Source: a bacterium
GTDB taxonomy: Bacteria > Zhuqueibacterota > Zhuqueibacteria > Residuimicrobiales > Krinioviventaceae
Assembly (NCBI GenBank): GCA_963674595.2
Contig: CAXXFV010000016.1
Coordinates: forward strand, 320,001 to 384,000
DNA length: 64,000 nt
Direction: 5' to 3'
Position numbers and translations under genes: made by a program
Notes under the pieces: model-generated
The model's database searches: none
Told to the model about the DNA's origin: nothing
The model's input: only the letters and a program-made list of their open reading frames with translations
Shown here: positions 40,878 through 50,765 of the stretch, in pieces
How positions within the stretch are numbered: position 1 is the stretch's first letter
How the letters are laid out: every line of letters starts with the position of its first letter

Positions 40878-42104
40878 TTGTTTTTAGTGCTTGCTGAATT
40901 TCGAAAATCACAGTTTGATTGGATTTTATTGATCAGTGTACTATGCCTGATATTGATAGGATTGGTTGCTGTTTACAGCGCTACACATGGGTATGGTTCT
41001 GCTGATTTGCACGACAAGTTTATTAAACAACTTGTTTGGATCGTCATCGGGCTTTTTGTTGCGTTGCTATTTTCATTCATTCCATTTAAATTGTTATTTT
41101 CTTTTACCTATCCTGTTTATGGTGTGTTGCTGTTTTTACTTTTATTGCTGGAATTATTACCGGCGGCCACAGGTTCAGCCGATAGATGGTTAAATATCGC
41201 CGGCTTTCAGTTTCAACCTTCAGAACTTTTAAAGCCTTTTCTAGTATTCACTTTGGCCCGGTACCTAAGTGATGAACATCATTCTTTACACAGAATCAAA
41301 AAGCTATTGATCGTCTTTGCTCTTGTTTTATTGCCTTTTGCGCTTGTACTCAAACAACCTGACCTTGGTACAGCACTGACTTTTATTTTTCTATTGTTAC
41401 CAATTTTATATTGGCAGGGTTTGAGCCTGTTTGTGGTTTTTATTATTATTGCTCCGATTATCAGTTTTTTTGCCGCATTCAATTTTTGGACATTTACACT
41501 TTTTATGTTGATTGTCTCCTTGATACTGATCATGTCTCGACGCGGCGCAAAGGTGTTTTGGAGTGTTTTTGTTATAAATATAATGGTGGGTGTTTTGGCC
41601 CCATTTTTGTGGAATCATCTGCATTCCTATCAGCAAAAAAGAGTTTTGACTTTTTTAGGTTTGATATCTGATCCCCAGGGCGTCGGCTATCAAATTATTC
41701 AATCTAAAGTTGCCATCGGTTCCGGAGGATTGTTTGGTAAAGGCTTTTTACACGGCACACAAACCCAATTACGTTTTTTACCGGCCCAACACACGGATTT
41801 TATTTTTTCTGTTTTTGCAGAAGAATTTGGTTTTTTAGGAACTACTCTGTTATTAGGATTGTTTGCTGTTCTGTTATGGAGGGGCGTTGTTATCGCTTCT
41901 TATAGTAAAAGTCCATTCATTAGCTTGTGTTGTATTGGAATTGTTGCTATATTTGTTTTTCAAATTTTTGTAAATATTGGAATGACACTGGGTATTATGC
42001 CTGTAACGGGTATGCCTTTGCCGTTTTTATCCTATGGCGGTTCTTCCATGTTGACAAGTATGATAATGATTGGAGTATTGTTAAATGCTTCAAAAAATAT
42101 TTGA
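40878..42104 (+). CDS. rodA: SEDS peptidoglycan glycosyltransferase RodA
   Basis: FQPSELLK, QPDLGTA, HTDFIFS, LPFLSYGGSS. Confidence 0.95.
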   Translation: MFLVLAEFRKSQFDWILLISVLCLILIGLVAVYSATHGYGSADLHDKFIKQLVWIVIGLFVALLFSFIPFKLLFSFTYPVYGVLLFLLLLLELLPAATGSADRWLNIAGFQFQPSELLKPFLVFTLARYLSDEHHSLHRIKKLLIVFALVLLPFALVLKQPDLGTALTFIFLLLPILYWQGLSLFVVFIIIAPIISFFAAFNFWTFTLFMLIVSLILIMSRRGAKVFWSVFVINIMVGVLAPFLWNHLHSYQQKRVLTFLGLISDPQGVGYQIIQSKVAIGSGGLFGKGFLHGTQTQLRFLPAQHTDFIFSVFAEEFGFLGTTLLLGLFAVLLWRGVVIASYSKSPFISLCCIGIVAIFVFQIFVNIGMTLGIMPVTGMPLPFLSYGGSSMLTSMIMIGVLLNASKNI

Positions 42105-42125
42105 TTATTAAGTAAGGAGGTAAGA

Positions 42126-42956
42126 TTGCATCCTGTTTTATTCAAACTCGGGGCTTTGGAAATCCGTTCTTATGGACTAGCCCTGGCTATTTCTTTTTTA
42201 CTTGGCATTATGCTGGCCGTAAAGCGGGCCAAGAAAAAAGATGTTGATCCCAATCAGATAACGGATTTATCGGTTATCCTGATACTCAGTGCAATTATCG
42301 GTTCAAGGCTATTATATGTTCTTTTTCATTTGGAGGAATTTAAAGGACATTGGTTGGATACTATAAATCCATTTCAGAGTAACGGTCAAATTGGTATTGC
42401 CGGGCTGACAATGCTCGGAGGAGTGATCCTTTGTTTTATCAGTTCTATTGTTTATTTAAAAGTTAAAAAATTGCCTTTTTTAAAAATTGCCGATATTGTT
42501 ATTCCCTCTGTTGCTTTGGGTATTTTTATTACCCGAATCGGTTGTTATTTAAACGGTTGCTGTTACGGTTTGCCGTGTCATGGACCTCTATGTGTGACAT
42601 TTCCTCTAGACAGTCCGGCCGGTTATATGTTTCCTGATCAAGCAATCATTCCTGCTCAGTTGTATTCCTCTTTGTATGGATTGATTATGCTTGGATTATT
42701 GTTATTCTTTGAAAGAAAACAAAAATATGACGGATTTTTAATGTACCTGTTTTTTATCTTTTATGGAATTTCAAGGTTCACCGTTGATTTGTTCCGCTAT
42801 TATGAATCGAGCATGGTTATCCTGACAATCGGAGGAAAAGGAATTAGTTTAAATCAGGGTATCAGTTTTTCGTTTATAATTTTGGGTCTTGTTTTAATAC
42901 TCTATTTTAATAATAAAACCAAAAAGAATGATGAAAAATTAATAACACCTGAGTGA
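42126..42956 (+). CDS. lgt: Prolipoprotein diacylglyceryl transferase
   Basis: MHPVLF, RSYGL, RIGCYLNGCCYG, PAQLY. Confidence 0.93.
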   Translation: MHPVLFKLGALEIRSYGLALAISFLLGIMLAVKRAKKKDVDPNQITDLSVILILSAIIGSRLLYVLFHLEEFKGHWLDTINPFQSNGQIGIAGLTMLGGVILCFISSIVYLKVKKLPFLKIADIVIPSVALGIFITRIGCYLNGCCYGLPCHGPLCVTFPLDSPAGYMFPDQAIIPAQLYSSLYGLIMLGLLLFFERKQKYDGFLMYLFFIFYGISRFTVDLFRYYESSMVILTIGGKGISLNQGISFSFIILGLVLILYFNNKTKKNDEKLITPE

Positions 42957-43033
42957 ATTTTAAAAAAAACTTGACTTTTTACAATAACTTAAATAACTTT
43001 AAGATAATGAAAACTCTAAAGGTTATGGTGAAT

Positions 43034-44200
43034 ATGAGAAAACCAAATTGTTTTAGAAATAGTTTGGCCATAGTCACGATATTTCTTACCTCCCTGTTTA
43101 TCGCATCTAACAGTTTTGGCTCCATTGAGAAGTTCGGGGTTGGCATAAAAGCTGGAATGTCAAGACTAGAAGGAGACTGGAAAGAACCAAAATTGGGCCT
43201 CGGAAGCTCAATTTACCTTTTTTACAAGCCGGTTCCCTATATATCGATAGGTGGTGAAGCTGGTTATGTTTCATTACAAACAAAGTCAGATGCAGATCGG
43301 ATCTCTTTAAAATATTCAAATTCTTTTGAATTATCGACTCTTGTTTACCCAATATCTTTAAACGCTCATTTTCAGGTCTTACAGTTAAACAAATTCAGGT
43401 TATATTCTTTACTTGGTTTTGGTGCTGTTTTCTGGAATACAAAATATGAAAATACTTCCATATTTCGAGACGGTAAAAAGAAAACGAATAAATATATACA
43501 GTTCGGTGGTTATACCGAGTTATCCCTGTCAAAGAGTATGGCTTTAACCGCTGGTGTTGATTTTTCATATACTACCAGTGACTGGTTGGATCAGATTAAC
43601 AGCGGCGATGAAAATGATGGAATAATATTCGCCTGGGCTGGATTTAAGTATTATCTGTTATCAAAACAAAAAAATGATCCGGACGATGATGGAATTTTAA
43701 CAAAATGTGATCTTGATCCTAGTTTTGCAGAAGATTTTAACGGATATTTAGATCATGATGGAAAACCGGAAGGCGGGCTTGAATCATCCGGAAAAAATAA
43801 AAAATTAACAGTGATTCATTTTCCTGTATTTAAAATGTATAAAGGAAAAGACCTGTTAATAAAGGCACAAATTAATACAAAAAATCCTTTAAGAACGGCT
43901 TCCGTATTATATCGTAAAGCCGGTACAAAAAGCTGGAACGTTAAAGAACTGGAAATCGACAAGGATTTTGTTTATAAAGCTGTTATAGATAAAGAATTTA
44001 TCTCCGGTGATGATCTTGAATATTGTGTTATTGCTGTTGATAAACAAGTTAAAAATATTGGCTATTCCGGATTACCTTCAAGACCGATTCATGTTAAAGT
44101 TGAAAAAAAACCTAAACTATGGTATACGGTGAATAGCGTTGTTACTGCTGTCAGTTGGGGGACTGTTGCGTATTTAATATTAAGGAAACAAAATAATTAG
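43034..44200 (+). CDS. Outer-membrane beta-barrel + TSP3-like Ca-binding loop + Ig-like domain protein
   Basis: Signal peptide from MRKPNC, barrel ending WAGFKYYL, DPDDDGI...EDFNGYLDHDGKPE, C-terminal hydrophobic helix + RK. TTGACT-17-TAACTT promoter at 42971. Confidence 0.65.
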   Translation: MRKPNCFRNSLAIVTIFLTSLFIASNSFGSIEKFGVGIKAGMSRLEGDWKEPKLGLGSSIYLFYKPVPYISIGGEAGYVSLQTKSDADRISLKYSNSFELSTLVYPISLNAHFQVLQLNKFRLYSLLGFGAVFWNTKYENTSIFRDGKKKTNKYIQFGGYTELSLSKSMALTAGVDFSYTTSDWLDQINSGDENDGIIFAWAGFKYYLLSKQKNDPDDDGILTKCDLDPSFAEDFNGYLDHDGKPEGGLESSGKNKKLTVIHFPVFKMYKGKDLLIKAQINTKNPLRTASVLYRKAGTKSWNVKELEIDKDFVYKAVIDKEFISGDDLEYCVIAVDKQVKNIGYSGLPSRPIHVKVEKKPKLWYTVNSVVTAVSWGTVAYLILRKQNN

Positions 44201-44210
44201 GAGCTCAAAA

Positions 44211-45029
44211 ATGAAGACAACAAAGATTTTGGGATGGCTGTTGATGTTGGTTGGGATGACTGCTTTGGTCTTTTTGAACTCGTGTGCAGGTTCGCGAGAT
44301 GATTCTGAAATGATTGGAGATGAAGCATTTGCTAATCAAGCAGAAGCCGGAGAGAGTACTCAAGAATCAACAAACACTTCTGCAGAAGAAGAAGAGGTTT
44401 TAAAATTATTAGGTATAACCAAAGATAACGAACAGAGTCAATCCGCAACAGAATTTGCTGAGAGTGGTGGAGCTTCACTTACAGCAGAAGACCTTGAGCG
44501 TAAAATTGATTATCTTGAAAATGAAGCTAAAAGTAAAAGTGTTGAACTGGCTAACCTGAAAGCTGAGCTGGCAGAACGTGACCAACGTTTGCAATCTTTA
44601 CAATCAGAGGCAAAAAGAACAAAATCTTATTCCGGTTCTGTTGCTACTTCAGGCGCATCTGGAAGCTTTAAACAGCAATATCAAAGTGCATTAACGTTAT
44701 ACAATAATCGTGAATATAAAGAAGGTATTAAACAGTTTGATTACCTGCTGGGATTAAATGAAAGTAATTCGCTTGTTGATAATTGCCAATATTGGAAAGG
44801 CGAATGTTACTATGCTCTGGGTGATTATAACCAGGCCCTCATGGAATTTCAAAAAGTATTTACATTCAGTAACTCCAACAAGTTTGATGATTCTCAGTTA
44901 AAGCTTGGATTATGTTATATGCGCCTTGGAAATAATCAGAGTGCTCGTATGGAATTTGAAAAGTTGCTTTCTGATTACCCGGATAGTGAATATGTTTCCA
45001 GAGCACAATCCTATTTATCTGGCTTATAA
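44211..45029 (+). CDS. cpoB: CpoB/YbgF-like TPR lipoprotein
   Basis: Lipobox-like LNSC, coiled coil, C-terminal TPR (NCQYWKGECYY, DSQLKLGLCY, YPDSEY). Confidence 0.7.
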   Translation: MKTTKILGWLLMLVGMTALVFLNSCAGSRDDSEMIGDEAFANQAEAGESTQESTNTSAEEEEVLKLLGITKDNEQSQSATEFAESGGASLTAEDLERKIDYLENEAKSKSVELANLKAELAERDQRLQSLQSEAKRTKSYSGSVATSGASGSFKQQYQSALTLYNNREYKEGIKQFDYLLGLNESNSLVDNCQYWKGECYYALGDYNQALMEFQKVFTFSNSNKFDDSQLKLGLCYMRLGNNQSARMEFEKLLSDYPDSEYVSRAQSYLSGL

Positions 45030-45051
45030 AAGCTTATAATTATTTGAGTTT

Positions 45052-45080
45052 AAAGGGTAACAATCGTTACCCTTTTTTTT
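45052..45080 (+). terminator. Intrinsic terminator
   Basis: AAAGGGTAAC-AATC-GTTACCC-TTTTTTTT. Confidence 0.88.
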
Positions 45081-45184
45081 ATTGCATTTCTCTCGAATTC
45101 TTTTAAATTTATATATATTATAGTGATACAAAAAATATCCTTCGAACTTGTTATCAATCAAAACGTGTATTTAAAGGCGAGTGT

Positions 45185-46672
45185 ATGAAAAACAAACTCC
45201 GCATTTTGTTTCTATCTTCAGAAGTTAGTCCGTTTGCTAAAACAGGTGGGCTTGCCGATGTATCAGGAGCATTGCCAAAAACTTTATTAGAAATGGGGCA
45301 CGATGTACGTGTCATCATGCCCAAGTATGGAATGATCAGTGAACGAAAGTTTGTGTTACGAGAGGTTATACGTTTAAAACAAATTCCTGTACAACTCGGC
45401 TCTGAAGTGCATGTTACATGTGCAAAGTCAGCTTTTATACCGGATTCAAAAGTACAAATTTATTTTTTAGACTATAAACCCTTTTTCGGCAGAAAAGATT
45501 TGTACGTTGATTCTAAAAACGGTAAAGATTTCCCTGACAATCCGGAAAGATTTGCCCTGTTTAATCGAGCAGTCATTGAAACGATCAAGTTGTTACATTG
45601 GCAGCCGCAGGTAATCCACTGTAATGATTGGCCCACGGCGTTGATACCATGGTATTTAAAAAATGAATACAAGGATGATGAATTTTTTAAAAAGACCTTT
45701 ACGCTATTATCAGTTCATAATTTAGCTTATCAGGGTGTGTTTGATGTAAAAAAAGCCAAAGACATAGGAATAGCAGACGAATTTGTTCAACCAGGTTCTG
45801 ATTTTGAATTTTATGGAAAAATGAACTTTTTAAAGGCTGGTTTGTTAAATGCTGATAAAATTCATACCGTCAGCCCAACTTATGCTAAAGAGATTCAAAC
45901 GGATTCCGAGATAAGTGCCGGTCTGCAAGAAGTATTGGAAAAACGTAAAGATGACATCGTTGGTATTTTAAACGGTGTAGATGAATCAGAATGGGACCCT
46001 GAAACCGACAATGTTATATCGAGTAACTATTCAGCGGTTGATCTTGAGCCAAAAGTTGAAAATAAAAAAGCACTGCTTGAAAAATGTGGTTTAACATTTA
46101 ATAATGATGTTCCGGTTATTGGAATTATTTCCAGGCTCGCTGACCAAAAAGGTTGGGATATAATTTCAGATGCATTAAAAGATATATTAAAATTAAAAGT
46201 TCAGCTCGTTGTGCTTGGAACCGGTGATCCAAAATATCATAAACTGTTGGAATCATGGAAAGAAAAATACCCTGATCAATTAGCAGTTTTTATAAAATTT
46301 GATAATGAACTTGCTCATCTTATTGAAGCGGGTAGTGATATATTTTTAATGCCTTCCAAATATGAGCCCTGTGGATTGAATCAAATGTATAGTTTGTTGT
46401 ATGGGACTGTACCTGTTGTCAGAAAAACAGGTGGACTAGCTGATACGGTTAAAGACTATACGCAAGACCCGGATAAAGGGCTTGGTTTTGTTTTTGAAGA
46501 CTATACAGGTCAGGCGCTTTTAAAAGCTGTGGAAAATGCTGTAACACTTTATAAAGACAAGGCCGCCTGGCTAAAGCTCATGAAACGTGGAATGAAAAGT
46601 AACTTTTCATGGCAAAATGTTGCCGGGCAATATGTAGAGCTTTATAGTAAGGTTGACAGCAGTCGCAAATAA
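45185..46672 (+). CDS. glgA: Glycogen synthase
   Basis: KTGGLADV, HCNDW, HNLAYQG, EPCGLNQM. Confidence 0.95.
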   Translation: MKNKLRILFLSSEVSPFAKTGGLADVSGALPKTLLEMGHDVRVIMPKYGMISERKFVLREVIRLKQIPVQLGSEVHVTCAKSAFIPDSKVQIYFLDYKPFFGRKDLYVDSKNGKDFPDNPERFALFNRAVIETIKLLHWQPQVIHCNDWPTALIPWYLKNEYKDDEFFKKTFTLLSVHNLAYQGVFDVKKAKDIGIADEFVQPGSDFEFYGKMNFLKAGLLNADKIHTVSPTYAKEIQTDSEISAGLQEVLEKRKDDIVGILNGVDESEWDPETDNVISSNYSAVDLEPKVENKKALLEKCGLTFNNDVPVIGIISRLADQKGWDIISDALKDILKLKVQLVVLGTGDPKYHKLLESWKEKYPDQLAVFIKFDNELAHLIEAGSDIFLMPSKYEPCGLNQMYSLLYGTVPVVRKTGGLADTVKDYTQDPDKGLGFVFEDYTGQALLKAVENAVTLYKDKAAWLKLMKRGMKSNFSWQNVAGQYVELYSKVDSSRK

Positions 46673-46687
46673 ATTTTAAAATTCATC

Positions 46688-46787
46688 GCCGTTCTGAACA
46701 GGTGTTTCACACCATACCATAAAAATGTTTTATTTTGGTACATTTTTATGGATAAAAATGGTTTCATCAAATGAACGGCATTTTTTT
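46688..46787 (+). terminator. Long interrupted hairpin with T-tract after glgA
   Basis: Nested pairs GCCGTTC/GAACGGC, ACCAT/ATGGT and CCATAAAAATG/CATTTTTATGG, followed by T7. Confidence 0.55.
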
Positions 46788-46924
46788 GCTCTAGTGATAA
46801 TAATGTTTCTTAGTATCAAAGAAACTGATAGTTATAAAACAATACGATAGGTTCCTTTTTTAGATAGATTTAAATGATTTTTCGGTAAAAGATAAGCCGA
46901 TATAATCACCCCTGATTATGCATG

Positions 46925-46940
46925 TGGCATTAACTTTGCT
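46925..46940 (+). promoter_or_regulatory. sigma54 (-24/-12) promoter of the EPS operon
   Basis: TGGCATTAACTTTGCT = GG-N10-GC, 68 nt upstream of ATG 47009. Confidence 0.75.
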
Positions 46941-47008
46941 TAAATTTTTCCTCAAGACATGTTTTATAAAGTCTTTCCGGTAAAATAAAACGAGGGCTTA
47001 TCTATCAT

Positions 47009-47719
47009 ATGGAAGGAATTGATATTAAAATTTATAATGTTGGCAGCTTGAAAGATGTTGCACTGATAAAAATTTCCGGATTTGTTGATACAGCAACATC
47101 TCCTGAATTGCAAAAGGTGCTTACTCAAACAATGGAAAAAGGCTTTTGTCAGTTTGTTATCGATATGGCCGACGTCCAATATGTAAGCAGTGCCGGTTGG
47201 GGGGTTTTCGTTGGGGAAATAAGGGGTCTGCGTGAAAAATCCGGAGATTTAAAAATTACACAAATGATACCGGAAGTATACGAAGTGTTTGAAATGTTAG
47301 AGTTTGACCGCATATTAATGAATTATGATTCAAACGAAGAAGCTATCGATGATTTTGATTTTGAAAGAGCAATAGATTATAAAGTAATACCTGAAGGGCA
47401 ACAAGTATATAAACCTGAAAGTGCTGAATTACCTAAAGAACAGAAAAAAGTTAAAGATTTTTCTGAAAATTTGGATTTTTCTTTAAAGCCATCTTCAGGG
47501 AAAAGCAGGAATGTAAATGAAGTAGAGTTGCCTTTACCGGAAAAAGTTAAAAAATTGGTAGTTGAAAACCCAAGGTCAGGTGCCTTTGCGCTAAAACGTC
47601 AATTATATTCACCCCGTTTTGGATATACCAAAATTGGAATATTTAAAATCAGAGCGTTATTGAAAAAACTAGGTTTGGAAACAAAAGCAAAAAGATTTCG
47701 TTATTTTCGTTCCCGTTAA
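47009..47719 (+). CDS. STAS (anti-sigma factor antagonist) domain protein with C-terminal HTH-like domain
   Basis: ISGFVDTATSPEL, YVSSAGWG, LKITQM...EVFEML; basic C-terminal domain. Confidence 0.8.
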   Translation: MEGIDIKIYNVGSLKDVALIKISGFVDTATSPELQKVLTQTMEKGFCQFVIDMADVQYVSSAGWGVFVGEIRGLREKSGDLKITQMIPEVYEVFEMLEFDRILMNYDSNEEAIDDFDFERAIDYKVIPEGQQVYKPESAELPKEQKKVKDFSENLDFSLKPSSGKSRNVNEVELPLPEKVKKLVVENPRSGAFALKRQLYSPRFGYTKIGIFKIRALLKKLGLETKAKRFRYFRSR

Positions 47720-47766
47720 GATAATGGTCAAGCTGCTCGGGTTTAATAATTAAGGAATGATAACAA

Positions 47767-48441
47767 ATGAGTAAACCCTTATATAATGTTTTTTGTTTTT
47801 TATTATTGGGCTTTGTACTATTTAATATAAAACTTGGATATTGCCAAAATAATTCAGAAGTCCGGGTTAAGCCGGGCGATGCAATACATATCATGATTTA
47901 TGAAGGTGGATTTATGACGCAGGGAAATCGTTTCGCCTCCAATTTTCATGATACGGATTTGATTATTGACGGATACGGTTATATTGATATCCCGCCTTTG
48001 GAAAAAGCTTATATTGCCGGTAAAAACAGTACGGAAATTAGCCGCATAATTACCGATAAATTTAAACCTTATGCCAAAGACCCTATGGTTATTGTGACAC
48101 CGCTTATTAGAATAACCCTGAGTGGTGAGTTTAACAAACAAGGACTTTATCGATTTGATCCCAATATATCATTTTGGGATATGATAGAACAGGCCGGAGG
48201 ATTAAGAGGGCTTGGAACTGCTGAAGATATATTTCTTATTCGAAATGATGAGATTGTTTATAAAAATTTTAATGATGCCTTGTATAATGGAACTTCACTT
48301 CATGAATTAGGCATACAATCCGGAGATATTTTAGTAGCGCCGCGTATTAATCGGTTGACTTTTTCCAGTATTATTCGATATTTTAATTTTGGTATTTCGG
48401 TTGTCATGCTATACTTAACAATACTTAATCGTAATGATTGA
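47767..48441 (+). CDS. Polysaccharide export protein (Wza-like, SLBB)
   Basis: VKPGDAIHI, IDGYGYIDIP, GEFNKQGLY, AGGL, QSGDILV. Confidence 0.8.
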   Translation: MSKPLYNVFCFLLLGFVLFNIKLGYCQNNSEVRVKPGDAIHIMIYEGGFMTQGNRFASNFHDTDLIIDGYGYIDIPPLEKAYIAGKNSTEISRIITDKFKPYAKDPMVIVTPLIRITLSGEFNKQGLYRFDPNISFWDMIEQAGGLRGLGTAEDIFLIRNDEIVYKNFNDALYNGTSLHELGIQSGDILVAPRINRLTFSSIIRYFNFGISVVMLYLTILNRND

Positions 48442-48450
48442 TGTTTTTTT

Positions 48451-50760
48451 ATGGAAGAATTTGAAACAAATCAGCATACAGAAGAAAATATAGGGGTTGT
48501 TGGTTTTGATTTCGCCAAATATCTACGTGGGCTATGGAAACGAAAATGGTTAATTCTCGCTTTAATTATTATCTTTGCTATTCCGTTTTATCAAAAAGCA
48601 AAAAATGAAGTTCCGATCTTTGAAGCACGGGTTATCCTGGCTACCAAAGAATTAAAAGATCAGGAGCAGCTTTTAAATGAAAGTCGCCGTGTTGAAATGC
48701 GAAGCCGGACTTTTGCAAGTCGCGTAGCCGCTCAAATGGGATTGGCTGTTGTTTCCGGTGATTCTATATTTACACGATGGGACCAGATTTTTTCAGAAAG
48801 ACATACCAGCGAAGAGCCTGTTCCGGGAGCATATAAAATTGTTATTAATCCCTCGGGAAATTACTATTTATACTATAAAGATGGATTGACCAATTCTTTG
48901 ATCGACAGTGCACTGGTGTGGGACGCCGTTGAATCTCTGCGTTCTGTTAATGGTTTTTCCTTCCGCTTAAACCCTGAATTGGTGCAAAAAGCACAAACAA
49001 TCAATTTTAAAGTTGTAAATTTTTTAAAAGCTGTTAATGAAATAAAAAACGGGTTAACGGCACGCCCTGGCGGGTCCTGGATTGTTTTGTCCATGCAGGG
49101 TACGGACCCGGATATGTTATATAAAAACCTCAATCAAATCGCTGAAATTTATATACAGGAAACACTGAAATTAAAATTCAGAGATTCGAATAATTATCGT
49201 GATATGTTACAAAAGCAGCTAGATGCGGCAGAAAATCGATTAAACAGTCATGAAAAGGAATTGCGGGCGTTTAATGCCAAATACCCGACTTCTCTTGAGG
49301 TTGAAAAACTGGGACTTGTTGATAAGCTAAAAGATTTGGATGCAGCGCTGGAACGCCTGCCACGGGAAAGAAATCAACTCAGCGATTTGCTGGACCAGCT
49401 TGACAAAGACCAAAACATGGTTGAACCAAAACAATATCGCAGCATTATTGTAAAGGAACTTGCAAACCTTCCGGTTTTTGCCAATGAGCCGACTCTTAAA
49501 ATGCTTAAGGAAACCTTGACCTTTCAGGAAAAAAAATATCTTAATCTTTTGCAAACCTATTCTGAAGAATATCCTGCGTTAAAAGATTTGGACAGCCAGA
49601 TAAACGATACACAGGAAAAAATTATTTCTTTTGCATCGAAATATAGAAATACACTTGTGGAAAGAGAGACAGAGTATCGTAGGCAATTGGACGAAACGGA
49701 AACCCAGTTGAAAACATTTCCTGAAGAAGATTTTAAATATGCAGAGCTTATGAGAAATAAAGAGATAAGTGAAAAGTTATATACTTATCTATATACAGAG
49801 TTACAAAAATCTGAACTGTCTGATGCCGCCCAATCAGATGGAATTCGAATACTTGATCCGGCAATTAGGCCAAACAGCCCGATTAATTCAAGTCCCAAAA
49901 TTAAAGTTTTTTTAGGTGTACTTTTAGGGTTATTGTGTGGAATTTTTATATCCATTGTTATTGATTTATTTGATAAAAAAATTCGAATTCCGGAAGATAT
50001 TGAAAGGCATTTAAAACTTCCTGTTTTAGGAGCCATACCAATTATTGATTTTAAAAACATTCCTGAATTTCATGATTTTGAAAAAGTAAAACAAATAGAC
50101 CGTCAGCTTGTTACACACGATTATTCACCAACCCAGATTGGTGAAGCCTATAGAGCTTTAAGAACACATTTAATGTTTTCAAAAAAAACAGGCAGAATAC
50201 ACACCCTTTTACTGACAAGCATTTCACCGGAAGAGGGAAAATCGTTTACCGCCAGTAATCTGGCAATTATTCTCGCTCAACAAAAAACTAATACACTTTT
50301 AGTCGATGCAGATTTACGCAGGGGTGTTTTACATAACACTTTTAGTATGAGCAAGGATCCGGGAATTACAAACTATCTGGTAAACAAATCGACACTTGCA
50401 GATGTTGTACAACCAACACATATTCCCAATTTATCAATAATTAGTTGCGGGTCCATGATTCCGAATCCGTCAGAATTATTGGGATCGCTACAAATGCGGC
50501 GGTTTTTAGAAGAAACCCGTCGCAAGTTTGATGTGATTGTTTTTGATGCACCGCCTCTGGAGGCGGCAACAGACTCTGTTGTTTTGGGAACCCAGATGGA
50601 TGCTGTTGCTATTGTTGCCAGGGCCGGAAAGACAAACTATAAAGTTGTTAAGGAAAAGCTTGAAATTTTTGATACTGTTCCGGTAAATTTAATTGGAATG
50701 ATATTGAACGGTTCAAAAACAACAATGCTTAAAAACAGCTACAGTTATTATCATTACTAG
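48451..50760 (+). CDS. wzc: Polysaccharide co-polymerase / BY-kinase (Wzc-like)
   Basis: Two TMs, EAYRALRT, Walker A SPEEGKS, VDADLRR, DAPP, Tyr tail SYSYYHY. Confidence 0.88.
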   Translation: MEEFETNQHTEENIGVVGFDFAKYLRGLWKRKWLILALIIIFAIPFYQKAKNEVPIFEARVILATKELKDQEQLLNESRRVEMRSRTFASRVAAQMGLAVVSGDSIFTRWDQIFSERHTSEEPVPGAYKIVINPSGNYYLYYKDGLTNSLIDSALVWDAVESLRSVNGFSFRLNPELVQKAQTINFKVVNFLKAVNEIKNGLTARPGGSWIVLSMQGTDPDMLYKNLNQIAEIYIQETLKLKFRDSNNYRDMLQKQLDAAENRLNSHEKELRAFNAKYPTSLEVEKLGLVDKLKDLDAALERLPRERNQLSDLLDQLDKDQNMVEPKQYRSIIVKELANLPVFANEPTLKMLKETLTFQEKKYLNLLQTYSEEYPALKDLDSQINDTQEKIISFASKYRNTLVERETEYRRQLDETETQLKTFPEEDFKYAELMRNKEISEKLYTYLYTELQKSELSDAAQSDGIRILDPAIRPNSPINSSPKIKVFLGVLLGLLCGIFISIVIDLFDKKIRIPEDIERHLKLPVLGAIPIIDFKNIPEFHDFEKVKQIDRQLVTHDYSPTQIGEAYRALRTHLMFSKKTGRIHTLLLTSISPEEGKSFTASNLAIILAQQKTNTLLVDADLRRGVLHNTFSMSKDPGITNYLVNKSTLADVVQPTHIPNLSIISCGSMIPNPSELLGSLQMRRFLEETRRKFDVIVFDAPPLEAATDSVVLGTQMDAVAIVARAGKTNYKVVKEKLEIFDTVPVNLIGMILNGSKTTMLKNSYSYYHY

Positions 50761-50765
50761 ACTCT

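Noticed and set aside
42953-43033. Upstream GTG start for the barrel gene
   Set aside because: The region contains a promoter-like TTGACT-17-TAACTT, and the signal peptide fits a later ATG
47531-47719. IS element remnant at the STAS gene
   Set aside because: No DDE domain, inverted repeats or target duplication; the segment is an in-frame part of the gene
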